The position numbers were made by a program, and so were the translations under genes. This document shows, in pieces, positions 52,666 to 64,000 of a DNA stretch of 64,000 nt (positions are counted from its first letter, which is position 1; each line of letters begins with the position of its first letter). Origin of the DNA: Paragordius varius (Eukaryota; Animalia; Nematomorpha). A model generated the notes under the pieces. The model made no database searches. It was given only the letters and a program-made list of their open reading frames with translations, and was not told the origin of the DNA. Where the stretch lies: NCBI GenBank assembly GCA_964247055.1, contig OZ176055.1, positions 1,798,001 to 1,862,000 on the forward strand, read 5' to 3'.

Positions 52666-54201
52666 TCTATATGTTTATAAGAATGAAAAATGCTGCTTTG
52701 TGATCTGGTTTCGGAAAACCGGTAGACCCATTTAAATCCAAATGTCGAAAAATATAATTATTAATGAATCCCCGACAGTAGCTTCGCCCTTTTTTGAATT
52801 AGGTCCCCAGTTCGGGCCCACCCCATGTAAAAAGCGGGATTTTGAAAATAAAACACAAAAATCGTGTCTTTGAGACAATTTTTCGGAAAGCGTGTTAAAG
52901 CATTCGATTCCAAATATGATTTTTTTTACTTATTTTCCATTGCGCCGAACATAGTCGGCTCGCTTTTTTAATTTAGGACCTCTGTCAAACCCCTCCCCCC
53001 GTATGCCATTTTTTTCAAAAAAAAACGAAGTCCACAAAAATAATATTTTGAATCTATATTTCGTCCAAGGTATGACGTAAAAATTCAATGAGGATTCCAT
53101 AGTCATGCGTTTCGTTTGTATTGGATGCTGGATAAGGAGCTACCCCCTAGAAACTGATCCGTCATATCGAAATAGCGTGCCTTTGGAGCTAAATTTCAGA
53201 AAACCTATCAGGCCATATGAGTTTGATAGGCTTAGAATAATATCCGTACCAAGGCAAATAGGTCATGCGGTTTTTTTTAAATAAGCCGTCTAGGACCTTT
53301 GGGCCCTAAAAAATGCGCTATCATACCTAAATCATTTATTATCCCTTACAAATATTTTAGTATAGGGGTTATTTCAATGAGTCGCTAAGAAAGGTTTTGC
53401 GCCCTGAAATATTCGCCGCCATAGAAAATTTTTTTAGTTTTGAGGCTATATTTGTAAAAACTTATAGGAACATATGAAAATTATACCAGATATTCCCCAT
53501 ATAAAAAAACATTTTCCCAACGCTTTTTTATACCTGCTTCTGGGTAAGAAGCTACACGCCAAAAACTGCGCCCCTATATAAAGCGTTGTTTTGGAACTAA
53601 TTTAAAGAAAATTCATGCCATATGAGCTTATTTAAAGTTCAAAATATTACCCGTAACTAGGTAAAAATTAACGTCAGGCTTTTTTTTATTAGCCGTTAAT
53701 TTGGGGCCATTATCCCCTAAAGATACGCCATCATATAACGATTATTATAGTGTTGAGGTATTTTTTCGAATAACCCATGAGACGGTGGTAGATGATTCCA
53801 AATATTATCCCTATATAGGCCAAAAATTTAACTTAGCGCTTTTTCCATATGGGCCTATGGGTAGGGGTCCAATTTAAAACTGAGATGCCATTCAAAAATG
53901 GCGTGACTTGGAGCTAATTTTCAAAAAACTCAAGAAGCCATACGAGTTCAATAAAGGCTTTAAATATTACTCATAGGGGGTAAAAATTATAATGTAGCGG
54001 GTTTTTCCGTTAGCCTTCAATTTGGGGCCTTTACACCAGTAAACAAGGCACCATTTGAAAAATGCTACGACATCATAGCTATTAAATAATGTTTCGTAAT
54101 TATTTATGGATCATTTTAATGATCCTTTTTTCAAAAAGCCCCCTCCCCCAGAAGTCCGAAGGACTTACTCGGGCTGCGTAGCAGCACAAGTTTTACGCTA
54201 G
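52666..54201 (+). mobile_element. Non-autonomous Helitron, copy 4 (complete, about 1.54 kb)
   Basis: A|TC 5' end at 52666, GCTGC-gta-GCAGC hairpin and CTAG|T 3' end at 54198-54201, inserted in an AT dinucleotide with no TSD. This is the canonical Helitron end structure. Confidence 0.9.
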
Positions 54202-54686
54202 TAGGCAAATAAAAGTATATTATGGTTAAAATGAAATAATTACCTTAAAATATCAGGCAACATTTTACCTGTAAAACCTTGATGTATCGTGTTTAAAAAA
54301 TGTCCCAATGTTAGACTCTAGAATTACACAAAAATATAAAAAATATAAGCAATTTTTTAATATGGGAAAACAATGTTTGATAATTAAATTTAAACTAAAA
54401 TAAATTTTTAAACTGTAGTTATTTAATTTTCTGGAATATATAACTACCTCAATATGTTAACTAAGACAACAAAAGTGAAAAGGTAATGAACTGTTAAAAG
54501 CAAAATAATATTATTATAAAATTTAATTTTTAGATATAAACATCCATTATTTATAGGCTAACATTGAAATCCGCGCAAAAAAGTCGAGAAAATATTTTTA
54601 TGGTAGATTATAGCACTCTTATTTTAAAAAATGCATAATGTGTTAAAAAATTTAATTATTAGCAAAAATATAATGTACCCTATGGC

Positions 54687-57600
54687 TAAGGTGACCAGAC
54701 GTCCCGCTTTTGGTGGGACAGTCCCGCTTTTTCACACTTTGTCCCGCGTCCCGCTACGTTTTTAAAATGTCCCGCTTTTTCACGATTATATAAAAAAATT
54801 TTTTTAATACAAATAAATTTTTTTTATCATTAAATATCTTTAAAATCTATTCAATTTTAAATTAAAATTTTTTATTTTTAAATTAAAAATATTTATTTTT
54901 TTCGAATTTATATCATATGATTATACACTTTGCTTCCTACTACTATTGTCATCAATCAAAAAGCCAAGTTAATATCACAGATCGCTAGATTAAAAGACAA
55001 ATTAAAACCACAAATCGGTCGCTTACACGTTTATTTCAGAAAATTAAGGTAATATAATATACTATGCTAATATTTTAGTTTTATTACTTTGTTAACATAT
55101 CAAAAAGCCAAATTAATACCACAAATCGGTACCTTCCACGTTTATTCCAGAAAACTAAGGTAATATAATATTTATACTAATAGTAGTTTATAAATATGAG
55201 CACAAAAGGAGGTTGTAAATTCAACGATGAATTAATGAAAGAATTTCCTTTTATAAAAAAAACGAAGAATAAATCATCTGTTAAATGTCTTATATGCGAG
55301 GGGGAATTCACTCTAGCACATGGCGGCAAGCATCATATTACAAAGCATGTGGAAACACAGAAACATATAAAATGTTTAGATATGGCGGCATCATCTTACA
55401 AAATGAGCGATTTTTTTCGATAAACCGCTTTTGGAGAGGAAGAAAAGAATTTGGCACTAGCTGAGGGCGTGTTCTCTTTTCACGCCGTTAATCATAATCT
55501 TTAGATCTATGGACTGTACCTCACAGATTATTCCATAAAAAAATTACATGTGCCCGTACAAAGGCTGAAGCCATTGTGTGCAATGTCCTTTCGCCACATG
55601 TATTTTCCGAAATACAAAAAGATTTGCTTATCTCTATACTCTGATCATCAACATGAAACAAAATTATTTCCCACTTTAATAAGATATTTTGATTCAGAAA
55701 CCGGAGTAAAAATTAAAATTTTAGATTTAATTTCTTTACCCGGTAAAAATTCCTAAATAATATTTACTTCAGTAATGTTTATTCTATAAAAAATTAATTT
55801 AAAACAAAATTATCGCATATTGCGCTGACAACACCAATACGAACTTCGGTGGAAAAGCAAGGAGGGAAACAAAAAATATTTTATAAATTAGCAGAAAATC
55901 TTAATCAAAACATTATTGGCGTTAGGTGAGCAGCGCATATAATACACAACGATATTCAAACAGCTGCTGATTTGTCACCCCTAGATATGGAAATTGTAGT
56001 TGTTGAAATATATTCCTATTTTTATATATACACGGTACGCGTGAAACGCTTAGGAATTCTGTGAAAATGCAGAAGTTCAATATCAAAAAATGCTTGGATA
56101 TTGTAAAACTCGTTGGTTAGCTTTTATGACAGCTATCGAAGGAATTTTAAAAATGTATGATCCTTTAAAATCATTTTTTTATCACAGGACAAATGTCCTA
56201 CAACTTTAAAAAAGTTTTTTAAAAGTGATTCTTCAAAAATATGGTTAGAATTCTTACATAATCAAGCTTCTCTCTTTCAAAATGTGATTAAATTTATAGA
56301 TTGTGGCAAAATTTCGGCAATCGAAGTAGCCAATGAAGTTAATAACCTAAAATTCCAATCGGAACGGTTAGAAAATAATTTTATACCATTAACCATCCGC
56401 AATATAATAAATAATTTAGAAAAACAAGGCTTAATAAATCGCCAAGATATCCTGTACCATATAAAAATGTTTTATACAAACTGTTAAGATTATTTGGAAG
56501 GCTGGACGGTGCAATTTAATGAAATTGATTATTTGCATTGGATAACATAAAAAAACCTGAATTTAATTGGTGCGATGTAATCATTTGATTGAATCTGCAT
56601 CTCCCAAAAATTCCCAAAAAGTAATCTTTTAGAAAATGATTTTTTTCTGAAGTATCATTAGTCAAAAGATATATTAATAATGAAAAACTTAAATTAAGGA
56701 CAAAAGAAAAATATACAGTAGAAAAGAAATGGTTGGAAATATTTCATCATTTTGAAGCCAACTATATTACATACAATATTTAAAAATTGTGGAATTCGCA
56801 CTATCTTTACCTGGAACCAACGCTGCTAGAGGGCTTTTTTTCCACAGTATATGTGTGGACATCGGTAAAATCAAATTTATTTTCTTGAAACTTTAAAGGG
56901 AATTTTATTTGTCAAATATAATTTGACAATTTCTTGTGAAGACTTTTACAATATTTTAAAAAATGATGACAATCTGCTAAAACGCATTCACTCAAACAAA
57001 AAATATACCAAAGAATAAAATATTTTCTTTAAAGTTTTGTGTTAAAAAATAAACAAAATTACTTAAAATATTATATAAGTCTTCATAATTTGTCAAATTA
57101 TATTTGAACATATAAGATGGCTTTTATTCAACATTTAAATTTGATTCCGTGTCCTTACTTAACTGTGAAAAAACGCGTTCAATAGCAGTGGTTCAGCTAA
57201 AGATAATGCAAATTCTACAATTAAAATATTATACTTTGGAACATAATTTTTTTAAAAATGATTATTTTAACCATTTCTATCCTACGTATTTTTTTCTGTT
57301 GCCCATAATATAAGTTTTCATTCAATATATTTATTTAATAATGAGACTTCATAAAAAATGTCATTGTGCACCGTCTTGTCTTCCAAATAATCGTTTCTGT
57401 TTGTATAAAACATTTTTATATTTGGCCATTCATTGAGCCTTGTTTTTCTGGATGCTTTATAATATTGTGATTAGGTAATGGTATAAAATTATTTTCTAAC
57501 CTTTTTTGACTTGGAATTTTGACCTTTGTCCTGTGATAAAAAATAGGATTCTAGGAGATCACATTTTTATAAATATTTCAATCGCTGGCAAAAGAGCTAA

Positions 57601-58031
57601 CCAACAGTTCTACAATAATCCAAGCATTTTAACATCTATATTTTCCACATCCAGGGGTAACAAATCAGTAGCTGTTTGAATAGCGTTATGTATCTCCCAA
57701 TAATGTTTTGATTAAGATTATTCGCTAAATTGTTAAAAATATTTTTTGTGCCGCTTCTTGCATCACACAAGCGCACTTTGTGATGATTTTATTATTTTTT
57801 TCTATAATATTACAATCACTTCACCCTTTGTTCGTGCACATGTAAATTTATTGAATAAGGTAGAGCAGCCTGTAAGGTACAATTTTTTTTTATTTATAAT
57901 GTATTTGTGTTAAAAATAAATAAATATTACAATAAGTTTTTTGTATAAAAATTTTTGGTTGTCCCCAATGACCCCCCCCCCCCCTTCTTAGATTTGTCCC
58001 GCTTTTTCTTTCAAAAAATCTGGTCACCTTA
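54687..58031 (+). mobile_element. hAT-superfamily DNA transposon (3345 bp) with pseudogenised BED-finger transposase
   Basis: 13-bp TIR TAAGGTGACCAGA / TCTGGTCACCTTA; perfect 8-bp TSD CCTATGGC at 54679-54686 and 58032-58039; subterminal GTCCCGC repeats. Transposase fragments at 55196-57016 include a CxxC...H...H BED finger, with many stops and frameshifts. Confidence 0.93.
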
Positions 58032-59699
58032 CCTATGGCTATTCGGAGCTTGGTGAAAACAGTATAAAAACTAATTTAAACTATTAAAAATACATATTTT
58101 CTATTGAATTCGATTGTACAACATAATTTTATCACCTCAGAATTCGTTCGTTTTCAATCCTTATATCAAAAATGTGTTTTGCGTTTTTAGTAATGTTCAT
58201 GCCCGGAAAAGCCGAAAATTTAAGACTTCGGAGCCCACATAAATGATATATTTTAATGAAGCCCTTAGCCTTACCCCAAAATTAGCATAAATGTGCGCAA
58301 GCGATTTTTCGTTATAGACCAATTTATACAAAAGTGTTAATATTAATAATATATCACTAGGAAGGCCCAAAACCAAAAGCCTCATCATAATCTGGAATCT
58401 ATCAATGATTTTCTTTTCCTTCAATTTTTTGCACAGTGGAATCTAACATAGTTTAGGGCAATGTCGGCATTTTAAAGCTAATTGCTTTTAAGCTGAGATT
58501 AACAATGTGATATTCTCGGATTTTCGCATAAAAAATTAAAATTATGGATATTGTTTTGCAAAAACATGATATATTTTATTTTTCGAAATAAAGCATTTAA
58601 CGTCCATTACTTATATTTAAACAGATAAACCTTTTTGGGTTTTGCAAATACGATTCCCATTCTATTATCTGTACTATTTTTCATTACATGAAAATGTTAG
58701 ATTTGTAAGCGTATATACCAATAAAACTTTAAATATTTTAGGATCACAGAGGGGGAAGAGCCGTATCTAGCATATAAACTACTGCTTCGACTAAATATAA
58801 AAAATGGCTCGATTACAATACATTTTATGGTACTTTTATAACTACTAGCGAAATAAATGACACTAGACCACAAATTTTAAGTTTTTTCAAGTGCCATTCT
58901 TGTAAATTTAAAATTTACATAAAAAGTTATGACATAATTTTTTTATTAGGGTTTTCACAAAAATTTGGCCCCGATTATACATTAAATTCGAATTTTCACA
59001 AAATTCTAGATATAGAGCCATGTATATATAACATTTGAAAGGACAAAAGACTGAAACTTTCGAATGGTAATAATATATTTAATTGAATCTGATGTAGGTT
59101 ATTTAACTTTATATAGACAAAATTTTTCATTCTTAATCCAAAATTTTCACAAACGAACTAAATTAAAAACCATATAAATTATTTAAATACAATCTTTGAA
59201 AAACTTTTGGCTCCCCTTTTTATGAAAAATTATTATTTATTTTACCTAGTGAATAATAAGATGCTCAGTTGTAACTGTAAATTTATTACATAACAGCTGT
59301 AAAAGATCCAGAATACCCTAAACTGTGTTTGTCGCTTTCATTTCCAATATTAAATATTGATGTAAAACATATAATTATGCATTTTATAGCGTTTTTATTA
59401 CACTCGAATGATACATTAAAAACGGGCATTTGTATATCAAACCAAAACATTTTCTAGTAACATTTTGATAAAGAGGGCGCATAATCTTAAATAATCAAAT
59501 CATACATGATTCTTAGGTGGAACTATAATTTTTATATCAGATATATTGTTAAAATAATAGTAGATATCAGAAAATGTAAATAACTCGAGTGGCAGAAAAA
59601 TTTGTTCAAATTTTTTCATTCTATGGCCTTTTAAGGCGCATTAAACAAAAAGATGTTACAAATCCTTGCCAACTTTATCCGCCACATATGCATTTCTTC

Positions 59700-60254
59700 T
59701 TAACACTTTAATTCGAATGGGGTATCTAAACGACTATATTTAAGTTGATTGTGAAAAAACTTATAAAAGTCAATATTTAAATTTTTCCTTCTACCTCATT
59801 AAGAATATAAATAAGCTATTAAATAAAATTTAATTTTGAAAAAAAGTTCCACATCACTACGCCATTATTACCTTACATCCTTTTTGCGAAATATCGTTAA
59901 TCTTAAGCTAAAATTAAGGCTAATTTTTTATTTATATTACATCTAACATTAGCAGAAAAAGTGGTTTATTTTGTATTGTTTTAGAATTTATGCACACATG
60001 TCATGTTGACTAAATATTTAATATTGGGTTTGACTTTAAAATAAGTATAATTAAGTAATTTAAGTGAATTTTTTTATGTATTTCGGTTTATTAATCTTAT
60101 AAAAGCGCAAACTTTTGCCATGGATTTAATTCTTTACATATTTTTTGAATTACTTATTTTAAAACAAGCCTAGGGTATCTAACGATCCCATTTTGAATTA
60201 AGGACTGAAAATTAATTGAGACACTGAAATGAATGTGTTGTATCCAAGTGTTAA
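59700..60254 (+). mobile_element. TTAA-flanked non-autonomous element, further copy
   Basis: TTAA|CACT ... CCAAGTG|TTAA; colinear with 33263-33813. Confidence 0.68.
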
Positions 60255-60966
60255 ATCATAAAAAAACTGTCAAAATATAATATGGTTAATATTAAAATTA
60301 ATTTTATATAAAATATTTCATTAAATTATGATAACAAATTTATCAATTGTTTGTGTGTATGTTTTAGCCATTTTTTATAATAATAGGTTATCACCTACAA
60401 GGCTCTCCAAAATTCCATCTATAAAAGTAATTTTGTATTAAAGTTTTTGAAACAATTTCAGGCATAATTCTGGAAAAATTTAACGACCCCAGTTTTTTCG
60501 GATTTTGAGAGCCCATCATCAACTATATCTAAAAAATTTGGTATTCTAAAACATAAAAGAGATACCTCTAAATGTCATACACTATGTATTATATAAATTG
60601 TAATTTTTGTAGTTGCAAACGTCATAAAACAAACCGTTATTTCACCTTTGCAATAAAATATTTTACAGCTAATTAATTTGTTTATTATATAATCCACAAA
60701 TTATAAAAGCCTAATCGCTAAATTTGTATAATTATTTACCTTTCTTTCCCATATATGTTATCAATTTATTTAAAAATTATAAAGTCACGTTTATTTATTT
60801 TTGAGCTACGATGATTTAAATCATATAGGTATATATATATATATATTAATAGAGATAAAAACGTATATTGATTAAATATTTGGGTGTTTATTGATAAACA
60901 TATATATTTATTTTGTTTTCATTCTCTTACCCTATCTGTCTTCGCAAATAAATATATAATTAAATT

Positions 60967-61030
60967 ATGGGAAAAAATGTTAGCAAATTAAAAGCGGACG
61001 ATTTGAAGGATTTGGAAAAGAACACGCACT
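60967..61030 (+). CDS. First coding exon of a neuronal calcium sensor (NCS-1/frequenin/neurocalcin family); rest of gene not found in window
   Basis: MGKNVSKLKADDLKDLEKNTH+T then GTATGT. It has the N-myristoylation motif MGxxxS and resembles MGKSNSKLKPEVVEEL / MGKQNSKLRPEVLQDL. The 64-nt exon with a phase-1 donor matches the NCS-1 first-intron position as I recall it. Confidence 0.8.
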
Positions 61031-62739
61031 GTATGTTTTTTAAATATTTTAATATATTTTTTCTAAAGTAAATTATGGACTTATTATAAAAAATTATATT
61101 TATAATAATTATTATTATTGTATAAATTGGAAAGTTATTGGAAATATCTTATTTTCCGGAAAATTTTTATTTAAAGTTTTGCCATAATATATCTACCCAA
61201 CATTTGTCTTAATTTAGTATATTTTTCATAATATAAATTATACAAGTTTGAAAAAATGTAGTGAGATTGCGTTCTTTTACAGGTCTAAGATTATGGTTTT
61301 ACACATTTAGTAATTTAAATAACTTAATATTTCATAAATGCCTAGACTACAGGAGATAATAAAACTAAATACTAGATATATTTTTAGATTATGGATCAGA
61401 TATTTTATTTTGCTTAAAAGTTGACTCGCTGGTATCACAATAATTACATGTACATATATTTTTTAACCAAATATTTAAAAAGGCATCCTCGACAAATCTA
61501 TAAATATATTGATTTAACATTTGATTTCTGTTTATTGAGGTTGGCAACTTTTTCGGACGGCAGTTCCTTAATAAAACAACTTTCTTATGCGTTTCGCAGA
61601 TTCAATTTTTTATTGTGATTTAAAACTGTATACGAAATTCTCTACATCCAACAAATAATTATAAATATATTTCCACTTTTTTTACAGCGATAATAAGTAG
61701 ACACACAAATCCTTAATTAATTTTTTTCAATAATCAAATCACTCTATTTTGTCTGATATTTTATATTGTCAATTGATGTCTTTAATATGAAACAAGAACT
61801 TTTTAATGACAAATTTGAGGTCGTTATCTTCGGCGTCATCAAATTTGGTAGACAAAGTGTTTTTTCCACACATTTCTACGACTTTTGGTATGACACAATA
61901 TAAAATGAAATTATGTTGCTAAATTTTAATTTATACTTTAAAGCTTTTTTTTAATTATAATATTTTTTGCAAAATTAGCATGTATTTAAATTTGAAATAG
62001 CGGTTTATGTAGGTGTAGGACAATATCATAATTTGATAATAATTGGGGTTTAAATATTAGAAAGCATTTATGCCATATTAACCAAATAATTTGATTTGAC
62101 ATTTAGCTTTATCAAAAATTCGAAACTAAGGCGCACGGGCGATGTTATGGACTTTTCCGAATTAACTTTTATTTATTATATGATCATAACTTTTTTAATT
62201 CATTGAAAAATTCTCGTATATTTTTGATTTTTTTCGGTCACAATTAATCATACATTAATTTTCTTTTGTATTTTATTTTATTCGTTTTTGCTAATAAATC
62301 CTAATGATAATATTATAAAACATCATGCGGTCAATTTGAGAATGCTACACTAATCAAACTGTCTTCTTAATTGTGGAATGGGTATTACTTTATGCCGGAA
62401 AATTTTCCCAACATGCTTTTTTATTGCTACCGGTCATATATGGATGCGCTAATGTTTTGAGTTTTTGCTGTGTTTAATTGAAAATGGGTGTTTTGCCAGG
62501 CCTGGCCAGACAATATCGCTTAAGGCACATGAACCGCAGATTACCGACATTTTGTGTAAACCACCTATAAAACACCTTATTGAAAAAAAAAACTTATATT
62601 AAAATAGCAATAAATGTTTCATATATTCAACAACATTTCCTGAAATTGTTGTAAGGTATTAATATCATAAAACGGTATATGCATTATGCTGTTATTGATT
62701 ATCATTTATTATTACAACACTTAAACTGTTCTTTGTGTG

Positions 62740-64000
62740 CGGTATTGCTACAGTCGAGGTCGACTTTTTGCAATATTGTGAATAAAACTTGTCCATACCT
62801 TGCGATTTTTAGTTTTAATGTTGTGTTCTGCCAAGGTTGCATTGGTTTTTTGTATAAAAATGATCCACCTTATCCTTCTTTAGACCCTTTTACGTGTGCC
62901 ACTAACTTATCCAACATCAAGGATTTTTCCAGTTATTTGGATTTCATAATGTCGCCAAAGTAGGATAGTTTGGTGCAGATGGACATACCAAGCAATGACA
63001 TATCGGGATCGATTTTATTTAAAATTGTGTTGTTAGTTATTTTATCCCTCCATTTGCAAGAGTTTTCCCACACCAGTCTTCACACCCTTAGAGGAAAATT
63101 GGAAAAATGATTGCATACTTAAGTCAAATTTTTGTTTTGAAGCTGACATCATGGGGATGCCCAAATTTTGTGTTAATTATTTGCGGCCGTTTTGGCCATG
63201 GCTATCCTTCGTTTTATCTCGGTACAATTACTATCAGCATGTATTAAGCTCCCAAGATATGTGTAACTTTTGACTGTTTCAATAGAGCTTCCGTTAACGA
63301 TTATTGAATTTGCAATCGGGTTAATTTGTATTATCTTTATTTCTGATAGATTAATTAATCTATAGCCCATATTTTTGACACTCATCTACAAAATGTTGCA
63401 GTATGAGAGTCAATGAGTTTGGATTGTTTGTGAAGATAACCGTATCTGCCAAGTGAATAGAAGTTAGATCAGAGCCTCCGACCTGGACGCCGAATTCGGG
63501 TATGTTTCTCATTATGCATTTGAGATATGCAAACAAAATAAGCAGTCCTAACGTAACCCCACATTCCTCAGGCCGATATCAGTTAACCCATGATGGAAAG
63601 AATAGCAGAACTTGAGTAAATTGAGAATTTTATATTAAATAAATGAGTTGTTGGATGGAATCAAAAGCATTTAAAGCAAAGCACATATGTATGTGTTTTT
63701 CCTTGGCTATCATATATCTACTTAGCCCTTTTCGGAAACCACCCTGAGTAAGTGATATTTTTGGTTCTAAAATAGATTGAAGGCGTTTTTGAATGATTTT
63801 TAAGAAGAATTTACACATTTGATTAGTTAGAGAAATTGTCCTATAATTGTTACGCATTTCGGGATATCCTTTTTTAGAATAGGTATCAAAATAGATTTAC
63901 CATTTTTTTGTCAATGCCTCCCGCCTCCATTTTTTTTCTGATTGGGTTATAAGCTTTATAAATATTTATCTAGTCAAATAGTTATCCAAGATGGTTTTAT
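62740..64000 (-). mobile_element. Decayed RTE-clade (BovB-like) LINE, reverse-transcriptase and C-terminal region
   Basis: Minus-strand NYRTISLTNQMCKFFLKIIQKRLQ...QGGFRKG; LADT in place of (Y/F)ADD; VKSYTYLGSLIHADSNCTEIKRRIAMAK; and RKVWTSFIHNIAKSRPRL, resembling the RTE/BovB C-terminus. Confidence 0.88.

Noticed and set aside
55196-56487. Domesticated ZBED-type gene
   Set aside because: It has multiple stops and frameshifts and sits inside intact TIRs and TSD, so it is a dead transposon.
62330-62580. GC-richer intronic stretch as NCS exon 2 or a transposase fragment
   Set aside because: No frame gave EF-hand or transposase motifs.

Overview
Very AT-rich eukaryotic (invertebrate animal-type) genomic DNA with spliceosomal GT-AG genes embedded in dense transposon debris. 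No rRNA, tRNA or CRISPR array was recognised. Genes were rebuilt by hand from splice sites and frame phase: (1) the 3' end of a Tyr/Gly/Asn-rich then basic protein (+, 1-471); (2) an orphan, probably secreted His/Tyr/Gly/Asp-rich protein (+, about 3761-10916); (3) a cuticlin/dusky-like ZP-domain membrane protein (+, 16499 to about 27719); (4) SKP2 (-, 28435-33106); (5) an SLC16/MCT-family transporter (-, 38029-44092); (6) the first coding exon of a neuronal calcium sensor (+, 60967-61030). Mobile DNA includes a non-autonomous Helitron family (4 copies, with internal ~320-bp tandem units), at least three decayed Mos1-like mariners, a 3.3-kb hAT with an intact 8-bp TSD, a 1.9-kb foldback element, TTAA-flanked elements, several palindromic MITE families and an RTE-type LINE. 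The most striking observations are an apparently obligatory 23-nt intron in SKP2 (plus a 37-nt intron in the orphan gene), the orphan His/Tyr-rich secreted protein clustered with the ZP gene, and the ZP gene's modular exons and alternative 3' ends. All identifications come from recognising motifs by eye, with no database search. The organism is not identified.
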